A DNA stretch of 64,000 bases, from NCBI GenBank assembly GCA_945876185.1, contig CAMCMZ010000011.1:3275-67274 (forward strand), written 5' to 3'. The notes under the pieces are model-generated. The model saw only the letters and a program-made list of their open reading frames with translations. It had not been told where the DNA came from and ran no database searches. The translations under genes and the position numbers were made by a program. Below are positions 17,014 through 26,225 of the stretch, one piece after another. Origin of the DNA: Candidatus Kuenenia stuttgartensis (lineage in GTDB: Bacteria > Planctomycetota > UBA11346). Each line of letters opens with the position of its first letter. Positions within the stretch are counted from its first letter, which is position 1.

Positions 17014-17727
17014 TCAGCCGACGCTGCGCACCGCCGCCACGAACGCGGCCATGCGTGCGGGATCCTTGAGGGCCGGCGCGGATTCAATGCCACTGGCGAC
17101 GTCGACGGCCCAAGGGCGCACGATGTGCACGGCGTCAGCCACGTTGTCAGGGGTAAGGCCGCCGGCGAGGATCAGCGGCGTAGCGAGTCCCGCGCCAACC
17201 ATAGCGCGATAGTTCCAGCTTTCGCCCGCGCCGCCGCCCTTGGCGGTGTCATTGCCGGGGGCCGGAGCGTCGATCAGCACGGCATCGGCGGGATAGCCGT
17301 GCGCTGCGTCCAGACCTGACGGCCCGGCGAAGGCCTTGACCACCGGGCAGTGTCGGCGCAGGGCGACGGCGAACGCCGGAGGTTCATTGCCGTGCAGTTG
17401 GATGGCGATCCGCGCGGATGATCCCAGCGCGGTGGCGACGGCGTCGAACGCAGCCAGCACCGTGGTTTCAGGCGCATCGACGACGAGCAGCACCACCGTG
17501 ACGCCGGGTGCAACGTAGCGGGCGAGTTCCACCGCATGAGCCAAGTCGATGCGACGCGGGCCGCGTGCGAGATTGAATCCGATGGCATCAACGCCAAGTG
17601 CGCAGGCCGCCTCGACATCGGCCGCGCGGGTCAGGCCGCAGAACTTGATCCGCACCCCGGCAACGGTGGCCGCCGCAGGTGAACCCTCGGCCGAAAGGAC
17701 GGACGTCGCAACAGGAAACAGCGCCAT
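17014..17727 (-). CDS. trpF: Phosphoribosylanthranilate isomerase
   Basis: Segments RIKFCGLTRAADV, DAIGFNL, IQLHGNE, LILAGGLTPDNV and VDVASGIE are typical of TrpF. ATG at 17727 is chosen as start. Confidence 0.85.
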   Translation of the reverse strand: MALFPVATSVLSAEGSPAAATVAGVRIKFCGLTRAADVEAACALGVDAIGFNLARGPRRIDLAHAVELARYVAPGVTVVLLVVDAPETTVLAAFDAVATALGSSARIAIQLHGNEPPAFAVALRRHCPVVKAFAGPSGLDAAHGYPADAVLIDAPAPGNDTAKGGGAGESWNYRAMVGAGLATPLILAGGLTPDNVADAVHIVRPWAVDVASGIESAPALKDPARMAAFVAAVRSVG

Positions 17728-17826
17728 GCTTGGGTTTCTCTGCTGATTCAGCAGCGACACAAGAAGGCGCGAACCTTGACCAGCGACCCACGTTCGTCCC
17801 GTGGCCACTCAGCGAAAGGATCCGCC

Positions 17827-19524
17827 ATGCGCCCTGCACCCGTTTCCACGCCCGTTCACGCTTCGGTTACCCCACCTGGACCCGCCTCCGCGACCGCAAC
17901 CGCCAGCACGGTTTCCGATCGCCTCGCTGGGCAGGATCATGCTCCCGACCACGACGCCAAGCTCGGCGCGACCGGCTGGTTGATCTCGGGCGCGACGCAC
18001 CTCGGCCTGATCGTGCTGCTGGCTTCGATCATCATCGCCGGCCGCACGGATAAGGTCGATCAGGTCACCACCCGCGTTGCCTCCATCCCGGTGCCGCTGG
18101 CGATCGAGCCGCCGAACAAGCTGGACCCGTTCACCAAAAAGGAACCGCCGACGATCCCGCACGACAAGCAGATCACGAGCGACGAAACCGTCATCAACCT
18201 GCCGGAGCTACTCATCGACCCTGATGCTGGAAATCCAGATGGTGAATCCCCGGTCGTCGACGCGGCGGAGGGACGGCCGGATGCCAGAGATAAATCGGAG
18301 ATGGGAGGATTCTCATTCATGAAGTCCATTGGCACCGCTGAAGGCGGTGCCGGCCCATTCAGTAAACGCAAAGGTCGGGGAAAAATCGGCATCATCGCCA
18401 ATAAATATGGTATTTACGCCCCGCAGACGGTCACCGTCATCGACTCCGGTCTCCGCTGGCTCGCCCGGCACCAGTCGCCCAACGGCATGTGGGACGCAGC
18501 AAACTACTTCCAGAACTGCGCTGATGCCGGCCCCAAGTGCGAACCCGGCAAGATCGTCCCCGGCGCGAACGAAGCCGTCACCGGCTATGCGCTGCTGTGC
18601 TTCCTCGGCTACGGCTTCGATCATCGGTCACCCAGCCACTTCAAATCCAAGGTCCAGCGCGGGCTCGACTACCTGCTCTCGATACAGCAGGCCAACGGGC
18701 TGATCGGCTCGCGCAACTATGAGCACGCGGTCTGCGCCATGGCTCTCGCCGAGGCCTACGGCATGACCGCGGATCCGGCGCTCAAGGATCCGGCCCAGCG
18801 CGCGATCGACGTGATCCTGGCGCGGCAGAATCAGGATCCGCAGGCGGCTGATACCGCTTATGCCGGGCTCGGCTGGGACTACATCGGGCCGAACCAGCGC
18901 AACGACTCCAGCGTCAGCGGCTGGAACGTGATGGCGCTCAAGTCCGGCCTCGCCGCCGGCCTGGACGTGAAGAACGGCATCAACGGCAGCAAGACCTGGC
19001 TCGACCGCGCCTGGAAGGCGGCGAATCCCAATTGGAAGAATCTCGATCCGTACGGAACTTCGGTCTTCCCCTACACCTGGAATCCCGCCAGCGACAAGGC
19101 CGACAAGGATCATCTGTCCTTCATCGGCGCCTGCGCCGCCGTGTTCCTCGGCCATCAGGCCGGCGACCCGCTGCTGGAGACGTTGCTCAACGACATGGAC
19201 AAGCGCTGGCTCGACAGCGGCGCGTGGAAGACGAACTCCTACTGCATCTACTACGCTTCGATGGCCGCCTTCCAGGCAGGCGGCAAGCACTGGGACGCCT
19301 GGATGAACGCCTACCTGCCCTGGCTCAACCAGACCATGAACACCGACGCCGACGGCGGCTGCCTGGCCGGAACCTGGAAATACCCGGCCCAGTCCTTCCA
19401 CGGCGGCGACACCTCGCGCGTGCTGGTGCATTGCTACCAATTGCTCGCCCTGGAGGTCGCGGTGCGCTACCAGTTGGTGCAGACCAATGCGAAGAAGGGG
19501 TTGGGGAAGGGCGGCGGGCATTGA
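17827..19524 (+). CDS. Membrane-anchored prenyltransferase/squalene-oxidase-repeat (terpenoid-cyclase-fold) protein
   Basis: One TM helix (WLISGATHLGLIVLLASIIIAG) is followed by repeats of the type GLRWLARHQSPNGMWD, GLDYLLSIQQANGLIG and ILARQNQD...GWDY. I prefer ATG 17827, preceded by AGGA; the alternative is TTG at 17776. Confidence 0.6.
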   Translation: MRPAPVSTPVHASVTPPGPASATATASTVSDRLAGQDHAPDHDAKLGATGWLISGATHLGLIVLLASIIIAGRTDKVDQVTTRVASIPVPLAIEPPNKLDPFTKKEPPTIPHDKQITSDETVINLPELLIDPDAGNPDGESPVVDAAEGRPDARDKSEMGGFSFMKSIGTAEGGAGPFSKRKGRGKIGIIANKYGIYAPQTVTVIDSGLRWLARHQSPNGMWDAANYFQNCADAGPKCEPGKIVPGANEAVTGYALLCFLGYGFDHRSPSHFKSKVQRGLDYLLSIQQANGLIGSRNYEHAVCAMALAEAYGMTADPALKDPAQRAIDVILARQNQDPQAADTAYAGLGWDYIGPNQRNDSSVSGWNVMALKSGLAAGLDVKNGINGSKTWLDRAWKAANPNWKNLDPYGTSVFPYTWNPASDKADKDHLSFIGACAAVFLGHQAGDPLLETLLNDMDKRWLDSGAWKTNSYCIYYASMAAFQAGGKHWDAWMNAYLPWLNQTMNTDADGGCLAGTWKYPAQSFHGGDTSRVLVHCYQLLALEVAVRYQLVQTNAKKGLGKGGGH

Positions 19525-19588
19525 TTGAGCCATGGACGCGACGCGGACGGGGAACCCTCGTTCATCACCAACCGCATCGCTCAACGCT

Positions 19589-20236
19589 TCAGGGCTGGCT
19601 TGGCGTCGCTGGAGTCTCTATCTTCTTATCGCTGGCCTCTGCCACCAACTCCTTGAGGTCGCCTTCTTCGACTTCGATCGATTTGCCGCCGTCCAAGGTC
19701 ACAAAGCACTTGGTTCCCAGCTTTGCAGTGATCTTCGCCCAGACTTCGCCGGTGCCGGTGATCCGATACCTTTTGAAGCCCTTGGCCAGCAGGCGATCCA
19801 GCTTGAACTTCTCGTAGTCCGCTGCGTCGATCTTCTTCGTGCCTTTGCAGGCGGGACAGGTGATGCGGGACTTTCCTTGGCATTTCTTGCAGGTGACCCG
19901 GGTGGTCCTTTTGCAGATCGGGCAATCCGCAAGGGTGGATTGCCCGTTGGGAAGCTCATAGATTTGGCCAAGATGGCCATCGGATATCCGGCGGCCGCCG
20001 CCAACTTCTTGCCACCGCTTGCCATCTGGACCACGCTGACTCCAGGTTCCAACCTCGATCTTCAGGCATTTCCCCGGACACAGCACCTTGCCATCCTTGC
20101 ACCGAGCTGAGCAGGCGATGTCGCCTTTGCTCTCGCATTCGGGGCAATCGATCTCGGCGGCGGACAAGAAAATCGGGCACAGCAACATGAGACAACCGAT
20201 GAAAAGGTTGATGGGATTGGGGACGACTAAAGGCAT
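19589..20236 (-). CDS. Secreted Cys-rich protein with DnaJ-like CxxCxG zinc-finger motifs
   Basis: It has a signal peptide (LFIGCLMLLCPIFLSAAE). There are four CxxC(x)G-type motifs: CPECESKG, CPICKRT, CKKCQGKS and CPACKGTK. GC is lower than in the neighbours. Confidence 0.6.
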   Translation of the reverse strand: MPLVVPNPINLFIGCLMLLCPIFLSAAEIDCPECESKGDIACSARCKDGKVLCPGKCLKIEVGTWSQRGPDGKRWQEVGGGRRISDGHLGQIYELPNGQSTLADCPICKRTTRVTCKKCQGKSRITCPACKGTKKIDAADYEKFKLDRLLAKGFKRYRITGTGEVWAKITAKLGTKCFVTLDGGKSIEVEEGDLKELVAEASDKKIETPATPSQP

Positions 20237-20284
20237 TGCTAACCCTTCATCCTTTTTCGATGGTGGGAAACGAAGGCAATGGAT

Positions 20285-20932
20285 TCAGTGCTCTTCCAGG
20301 TTGCGCCGGATCAATTCCCTGATGAGCGGCAGGATGCGCGTACGGTAGACTTCATCGGATTCGTCACCTTGGGGTGGAACATGGATGAATCCGGCGACCG
20401 GGACGGTGGTGGACGCGATGGCGAAAAGCGCCTCGTTGCAAAGGTATCCACCAGCGTTGCGACTGTGTTTCAGGGGGACCGGCGAGGAAACTTTCCAGGT
20501 CAGATCCAGACGGAAGCGTGCGGATAGTTCCGCCGGGCCGTTGGCAGCCAGGCGATCGGATACTGGAAGATGACCCGCGTTATCAGCAACAGGGATGGCG
20601 CGGTTGGCGGCGATTGCTTCCACCTTTATCGCATCCGGATGCCCTTCGCCCAGACCCAGGATGGCAATGGGATGGCAGGCTGCGACCTGCTGCGGGATCG
20701 CACGGGTCGGTTCGCCCCACTGCACCGGCAGGATGACGGTCTGAACGATCGCGCCGGCGATCTCCGTCTTGTCCAAAGCGTTGGCCAAGGTGCTGCTGCC
20801 GTTTACGGTACGACCGGCGAAAGGAGCAAAACCGGTCACCAGGATGACCGGTTTTGCGCGTACATCGGCCGTGGCCGTGGCCGCCGTCGCGGCCATCACC
20901 ACTATCAGCAGCAACGCAGTGGCCAGCCTCAT
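20285..20932 (-). CDS. pcp: Pyroglutamyl-peptidase I (peptidase C15) with a signal peptide
   Basis: Segments ILVTGFAPF, EAIAANR (Glu), AGGYLCNEALF (Cys) and GFIHVP (His) fit the C15 family. The N-terminal MRLATALLLIVVMAATAATATA looks like a secretion signal. The start abuts the acnB stop. Confidence 0.8.
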   Translation of the reverse strand: MRLATALLLIVVMAATAATATADVRAKPVILVTGFAPFAGRTVNGSSTLANALDKTEIAGAIVQTVILPVQWGEPTRAIPQQVAACHPIAILGLGEGHPDAIKVEAIAANRAIPVADNAGHLPVSDRLAANGPAELSARFRLDLTWKVSSPVPLKHSRNAGGYLCNEALFAIASTTVPVAGFIHVPPQGDESDEVYRTRILPLIRELIRRNLEEH

Positions 20933-23554
20933 TTAGGCGACGGCAAAGTCAGGAACCCGCGCGCTCATCTGGGTGAAGTCGAGATACTTGTAGATCGACG
21001 CGGCGAACGGCGAGACGCAGGTGGCCATGCGGTCGCGGTATTCCTGTGGCGTCGGCAGGCGGCCGAGGATGGAGGTAACAGCAGCGAGTTCGGCGCTGCC
21101 AAGATACACCTGAGCGTCGCGGCCCATGCGGTTGTCGAAGTTGCGGGTGCTGGTACTGAAGACGTGTGCGCCGGGACGGACGCGGGCCTGGTTACCCATG
21201 CACAGACTGCAGCCGGGGATCTCGCGGCGGGCGCCGATCTGGCCGAAGAGGGAATAGATGCCTTCCTGGTTCAAGACGGCCTCGTCCATGCGCGTCGGCG
21301 GGCAGATCCAGGTGGTGGCGTTGAGGTAGTCGACCTTGCTGTGCTTGTAGACGTTGGCGAGGGCGCGGAAGTGCCCGATGTTGGTCATGCAGGAACCAAC
21401 GAAGACCTCGTCGATCTTGGCGTTCTGCACTTCGCCAAGGGTGGCGATCTTGTCGGGGTCGTTGGGCAGCGCGAGCAGCGGTTCGTCGATCGCTGTGAGG
21501 TCGATGGTGAAGACGCGGGCGTAGCGTTTGTCCTTGGCGTTGGCGACGCTGCCGACGACGCGGCCCTGGGCGTCCGTGATCGGCTGGGCGTCGACGAGTT
21601 CCAGGCCGCCGTCGGCGCGCAGCAGGTGCGGGTGGTTCAGCCATTCCTGCATCGCTCGGATGCGTTGTTCCAACGTGGCCTTGGATCCGTACCCGTCCGC
21701 GATCATCGCCGACAACAAGGCGATGTTGGAACGCAGGTAACCGGCGACCGATTCCTGCGACAGATTGACGGTGCAGGCGGCGGCGCTGCGTTCGGCGCTG
21801 GCGTCGGACAGTTCGAAGGCCTGTTCGGCGGTGAGGTGCTCCAGCCCTTCGATTTCCAGGATGCGGCCGTTGTAGACGTTCTTCTTGCCCTTCTTTTCGA
21901 GCGTCAGTTCGCCGGTGCGCAACGCGACCCAGGGAATGGCGTTGACCAGATCGCGCAGGGTGATGCCGGGATGCAGGGCACCGGTGAAGCGGACGAGAAC
22001 CGATTCCGGCACATCAAGCGGCAGGTAGCCGATCGCGGCGGCGAAGGCGACCAGGCCAGATCCGCCGGGGAAGCTGATGCCGATCGGGAAGCGGGTATGG
22101 CTGTCGCCGCCGGTGCCGACGGTGTCGGGCAGGCACATGCGGTTGAGCCAGGAATGGATGATGCCGTCGCCGGGGCGCAGGGCGACGCCGTTGCGCTCGA
22201 CGATGAATTCCGGCAGCCAGCGGTGCATCTTCGCATCCTTGGCGTTGGGATAGGCGGCGGTGTGGCAGAAGCTTTGCAGCACGAGATCCGAGGAGAACCG
22301 CAGGCAGGCGAGTTCCTTGAGTTCATCGGCGGTCATCGGGCCGGTGGTGTCCTGGCTGCCGACGGTGGTGGCTTTGGCTTCGATCGACATGCCGGGGCGG
22401 ACGCCGGTGACCCCGCAGGCGCGGCCGAGCATCTTTTGCGCCAGGGTGTAGCCCTTGCCGTCGTCGCCGGGCAGGACGGGTTTCGCGAAGTTGCCCGGAT
22501 AGGCGCGCTTCAGGTGGTCGCAGGCTTTCCACGTGAGGGCGCGGCCGATAATCAGGTTGGTGCGGCCGCCGGCGCGGAATTCATCAAAAACCGTTGGCGA
22601 CTTGACGCTGCCGGTGGCGATGACGGCGCCATTCTTCAACACCTCGCCAGTGCGGGTGCGGACGGTGACGACATCACCGGTGGCGAGCTTCGCCACGTCG
22701 ACAACGTAGGCCATGCCTCCGGCGTCACGGAAGGTATCAAGGAAGATCGGCGCGATGATCCCGGCCAGAACAAAGGCACCGGTGCGCTTGTTGGGGACGT
22801 GCGGGATATCGCGGCCGCTGTACCACATCACGGAGTTGGTCGCGGATTTGCGCGACGATCCGGTGCCGTAGACATCACCGACCAGGATCGGGCGCTTGCC
22901 CTCAGCGAGCAGTTTGTTCAGCGCTGGCACCGCGTTGGGGTCTTTCGTGCGGTACATCTCCAGCCCATGGAGCGGGATGTCAGGACGCGACACCGCCGCC
23001 TGGGCGGGCGACAGGTCATCGGTGTTGGTCTCGCCAGGGATGCGGTAGACGACGCCGGTGACTTCGGGTTCGATCTCGGGCCGGCTGGTGAACCATTCGG
23101 CATCGGCCCAGCGCTGGATCAACCGCGCGGCGATGGCGTTGCCTTCGGCAGCGAGCTTGGCCACCACGGCGAAGTTGTCGAAGATGAGCACGGTGCGGGC
23201 GAGCTGGTCGGCGGCAAGCTCAGCGTGCGGCCCTTCGAGTTCGCGGGTCAGAAACGGCACGTTGTAACCGCCAAGCATGGTGCCGAGCAGGCGGATGGCA
23301 TGGTCGGGCGCGATGACTGGGCTCGACTTTTCGCCATGCGCGATGGCACCCAGCCATTCGGCTTTCACCTTCGCTGCCGGATCGACGCCGGGGCTGACGC
23401 GATCGACCAGCAGCGCAAGCAGAAAGGCGGACTCGCCGGCAGGGGGATTTTCCAGGAGCGCGCACACCTCGCCGGTCTGCTTGGCATCCAACGGCAGCGG
23501 TGGAATGAGCAGCTTGGCGCGTTCATCGACGTGGGCGCGGTAAGTGGCGAGCAT
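20933..23554 (-). CDS. acnB: Aconitate hydratase B / 2-methylisocitrate dehydratase
   Basis: From ATG 23554 the N-terminus MLATYRAHVDERAKLLIPPLPLDAKQ..LLENPPAGE parallels E. coli AcnB (MLEEYRKHVAERAAEGIAPKPLDANQ..LLKNPPAGE). The length of 873 aa fits. Confidence 0.9.
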   Translation of the reverse strand: MLATYRAHVDERAKLLIPPLPLDAKQTGEVCALLENPPAGESAFLLALLVDRVSPGVDPAAKVKAEWLGAIAHGEKSSPVIAPDHAIRLLGTMLGGYNVPFLTRELEGPHAELAADQLARTVLIFDNFAVVAKLAAEGNAIAARLIQRWADAEWFTSRPEIEPEVTGVVYRIPGETNTDDLSPAQAAVSRPDIPLHGLEMYRTKDPNAVPALNKLLAEGKRPILVGDVYGTGSSRKSATNSVMWYSGRDIPHVPNKRTGAFVLAGIIAPIFLDTFRDAGGMAYVVDVAKLATGDVVTVRTRTGEVLKNGAVIATGSVKSPTVFDEFRAGGRTNLIIGRALTWKACDHLKRAYPGNFAKPVLPGDDGKGYTLAQKMLGRACGVTGVRPGMSIEAKATTVGSQDTTGPMTADELKELACLRFSSDLVLQSFCHTAAYPNAKDAKMHRWLPEFIVERNGVALRPGDGIIHSWLNRMCLPDTVGTGGDSHTRFPIGISFPGGSGLVAFAAAIGYLPLDVPESVLVRFTGALHPGITLRDLVNAIPWVALRTGELTLEKKGKKNVYNGRILEIEGLEHLTAEQAFELSDASAERSAAACTVNLSQESVAGYLRSNIALLSAMIADGYGSKATLEQRIRAMQEWLNHPHLLRADGGLELVDAQPITDAQGRVVGSVANAKDKRYARVFTIDLTAIDEPLLALPNDPDKIATLGEVQNAKIDEVFVGSCMTNIGHFRALANVYKHSKVDYLNATTWICPPTRMDEAVLNQEGIYSLFGQIGARREIPGCSLCMGNQARVRPGAHVFSTSTRNFDNRMGRDAQVYLGSAELAAVTSILGRLPTPQEYRDRMATCVSPFAASIYKYLDFTQMSARVPDFAVA

Positions 23555-23718
23555 GGGATCTCCGGTGATGGGTCGGCACCGTAGACCTTGCTGGCGCGGG
23601 ACAAGGCGCGCGCGTTGGCGGTTTGCGCAGCAGCGATGAACTGCCAGCCTGCGGGCATGGCCAGACACCTGTTCTCATCACGTCCGTGGATGGGCACAGA
23701 TTTCCCTGGGCTGCGGGC

Positions 23719-24939
23719 TCAGGCGCGCACCAACACCGCGGCGTAGCCGCCACCGCTCCAGGCATCGGGCCAGCGCAGACGTTCGCCGAGCAGACGCCAG
23801 CCAGGCAGGGTGTGGGCGATGCCCTGGTTCTCGGCCGGGGACAGGCTGCACGTGGCGTAGATCAGGCGGCCGTCCGGGCGGGCCAACCCGGCAGCGGAGG
23901 TCAGCAAGCCGCGCTGGATGGTCGCGAGGCTCGCGAGGTGGCGTTCGTCGTAGCGTTGCTTGGCCTCGGGCCGGCGGGCGAAGACGCCGCTGTTGGAACA
24001 GGGCGCATCGACCAGCACCACGTCGAACGCCTGGGCCAGGGCGGGATGCAGGCCATCCTGGGCCAGGCGCAAGGGCAGGTCGTGGACAAGAGTGTCGAGA
24101 TCGCGCAGGCGTTCGCGGCTCGCATCCGCCGCGACCACGCGGCAACCAATATCCGCGAGGGCGAGGGATTTTCCTCCGGGTGCGGCGCAGAGATCCAAGA
24201 CCAAAGTGCCGGGGCCGGCAAGACCGACGCTGGCCGCAAGATCGGCGACCTCGCCCTGGCTGCGGTCTTGCACCATGCACACGCCGTCTGCGACCCAGGC
24301 CAGGGCTTCGGCGGGATCCTCCCACCAGGTCCAGGGGCCGTCGCGACGGAGGATGGAATGGCCGATCGGATCCGGCCGGCGCGGCCGGGTGCGGGTGCAG
24401 AGCGGGGCGCGACGGTTGAGGTCACTCAAGCGGCGGGCGGGGTCGGCGTCGAGGAGCGGCGCGAGCTCGCGCACCAGGAGCGCCGGTAAACTGTGCGCCA
24501 AACCCGAATCCCCGGGCCTAACTTCCAGACGCAGACGACCGACTGGCCCAGAGTCGCCGTCGCGCGCATCCAACCGCAGTTCCGACAACCGGCGCAGCAC
24601 GGCGTTCGCCACCGACACCAGTTTTGGCCCGCCGGCATCACGCAATCCGGCGACGGTTTCGGACACCGCCGCGTGCGGCGGGACGCGATCGAGCGCGAAC
24701 AGTTGATGGCAGCCGACGCGCAGGGCCATGGTCAGCAGCGGCGGCTGCGGCCGCGGTTGCAGGAAACGCGCGGCCAAGTGGTCGTACAAGCGATAGTGCA
24801 GGTTGGCTCCGGCGACCAGCTCGCGCACCAGGGCGTCATCGCGAGCATCGGAACCGGCGGGGCCGATCGCTGGCTGCGTGCGTTCACCCGGCGGGGTGCC
24901 GGCAAGAATGGCGATCGCCTGGGCGCGGGGGGAGGTCAA
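23719..24939 (-). CDS. rsmB: 16S rRNA m5C methyltransferase, RsmB / NOL1-NOP2-Sun family
   Basis: SAM-MTase motifs are VLDLCAAPGGKS, VDAPCSNSGV and YATCSL. The TTG start at 24939 overlaps the upstream stop (TTGA). Confidence 0.75.
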   Translation of the reverse strand: MTSPRAQAIAILAGTPPGERTQPAIGPAGSDARDDALVRELVAGANLHYRLYDHLAARFLQPRPQPPLLTMALRVGCHQLFALDRVPPHAAVSETVAGLRDAGGPKLVSVANAVLRRLSELRLDARDGDSGPVGRLRLEVRPGDSGLAHSLPALLVRELAPLLDADPARRLSDLNRRAPLCTRTRPRRPDPIGHSILRRDGPWTWWEDPAEALAWVADGVCMVQDRSQGEVADLAASVGLAGPGTLVLDLCAAPGGKSLALADIGCRVVAADASRERLRDLDTLVHDLPLRLAQDGLHPALAQAFDVVLVDAPCSNSGVFARRPEAKQRYDERHLASLATIQRGLLTSAAGLARPDGRLIYATCSLSPAENQGIAHTLPGWRLLGERLRWPDAWSGGGYAAVLVRA

Positions 24940-26225
24940 TGGTTCATCAACTTGATGCGCTCGTCATTGATGTTGCGCATCAGCATATTGACGTCGGAAG
25001 CGTTGAGCTGGCTCAACTGAGTATTTACGTTTTCCTCGGTCCATTTCTGTTCGGTCCGCATGCGCTTTTCAAATTTGTTGATCGCTTCTTTGAATTCCAT
25101 GAGCGAAGCACGCGCCTTGTTGAGTTCGTCCAGGTTTTTCGGCTCTCGGTTGAGTGCTGTTGTCGCGTCACTACGGGCTTTTTCTAACTGCACATTCAAT
25201 TCAGACAGATAGTTGATCACCCGTGGCGGTTCCTGCTGCCGCGGCTTGCGATCCTGCAATAAGCTGATGACCAGGAATATCGCGAGCAGCGCCGCGATCC
25301 CGACCACACTGAACGCCAGCAGCTTGCGGTCTTTGTTCGAGAACTTGCGCCCGGATTGCTGGCCGGTCTTGCCCCGGCCGGTGGCCGCGCGACCTGGGGT
25401 CGGGGTGCGGTTGCTGCTGCTGCTCGGGCTTGGCGTCCGGGCGCCGGACTTGGTGGCGGCTGCAGACCGTGAAGCGGTCGACGAGCGCGACGCCGTGGAC
25501 GGACGCGCTGTGGTCGCCGGGCGGTTCGCCGGCGACGAGGGAGGCGGGACGCGATCTGCGCGCACGGTGGCCTTGGTCGGCGGCTTGGACTTCGCTGATT
25601 CGGCGGCGGATTCCTCGTCCGAGAGTTGTACCGCCTCCAAACCAATGTCGGTCTCGTGCTTGCCCGGAGTGGTGGCATCCGCCGCCGCGTCGGTCAATTC
25701 AGCCGTCGCTGTCTTGCTGTTTTCCTTGTTCTTCTCCAAACGGTGGGTGTCCGATTTGAGGTCTGGGGCGTCGGCGCCGTCGATGAGATCGTCGGCCGAG
25801 AACGCATCGCGGGCCGCCGCTGCGCGCTCCGGGTTGGCGATCGGTTGCGACATGGCGCTGAAACCGCTGACCGCCGCCGACAGATCCTGCGACCGCGCTG
25901 GCAACCGGGCGGTGTTCTCGCCGGATTTCTCGGACTCGCGCGCGGCGGGGGCCGACGCTGGCGGCACAACGACAGCGGGTGCAGGAGTCTTGACCGCTGC
26001 CGGTTGCGCGGGTGCGGATGCGATCGATGCAGGCGCGGGCGCGGCGGGCGCGGGCGCTGAAACCACTGGCGCGGGCGCCGGCGGCGACAGCACACCGGGC
26101 GTGCCCTTGCCTTTGTTGACACAATCCGGGCAGAAGACCTCGGTCTTGCGCCGCACCCCGTGGCCGCTGCGCAGATCGGTCTCGGTCACCCGAATGCCGC
26201 AACCATCGCAGAAGAAGATATTCAT
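24936..26225 (-). CDS. Zinc-ribbon, Pro/Ala-rich, single-pass membrane coiled-coil protein (hypothetical)
   Basis: ATG 26225 overlaps the holA stop (ATGA). The N-terminus is FFCDGCG...FCPDC, followed by ~250 aa of low complexity, a TM helix (LLAFSVVGIAALLAIFLVISLL) and a C-terminal coiled coil. The longer ORF to 26852 is the antisense shadow of holA. Confidence 0.7.
   Translation of the reverse strand: MNIFFCDGCGIRVTETDLRSGHGVRRKTEVFCPDCVNKGKGTPGVLSPPAPAPVVSAPAPAAPAPASIASAPAQPAAVKTPAPAVVVPPASAPAARESEKSGENTARLPARSQDLSAAVSGFSAMSQPIANPERAAAARDAFSADDLIDGADAPDLKSDTHRLEKNKENSKTATAELTDAAADATTPGKHETDIGLEAVQLSDEESAAESAKSKPPTKATVRADRVPPPSSPANRPATTARPSTASRSSTASRSAAATKSGARTPSPSSSSNRTPTPGRAATGRGKTGQQSGRKFSNKDRKLLAFSVVGIAALLAIFLVISLLQDRKPRQQEPPRVINYLSELNVQLEKARSDATTALNREPKNLDELNKARASLMEFKEAINKFEKRMRTEQKWTEENVNTQLSQLNASDVNMLMRNINDERIKLMNH

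Noticed and set aside
23555-23668. Long N-terminal extensions offered by the ORF track for acnB (to 23668), recJ (from 56234), serC (from 54965), cysD (from 41647), the Zn-ribbon protein (to 26852) and others.
   Set aside because: The extensions are Arg-rich, lack homology, overlap neighbouring genes or repeats, and internal ATG/GTG starts align with the known N-termini or give ATGA-type coupling.
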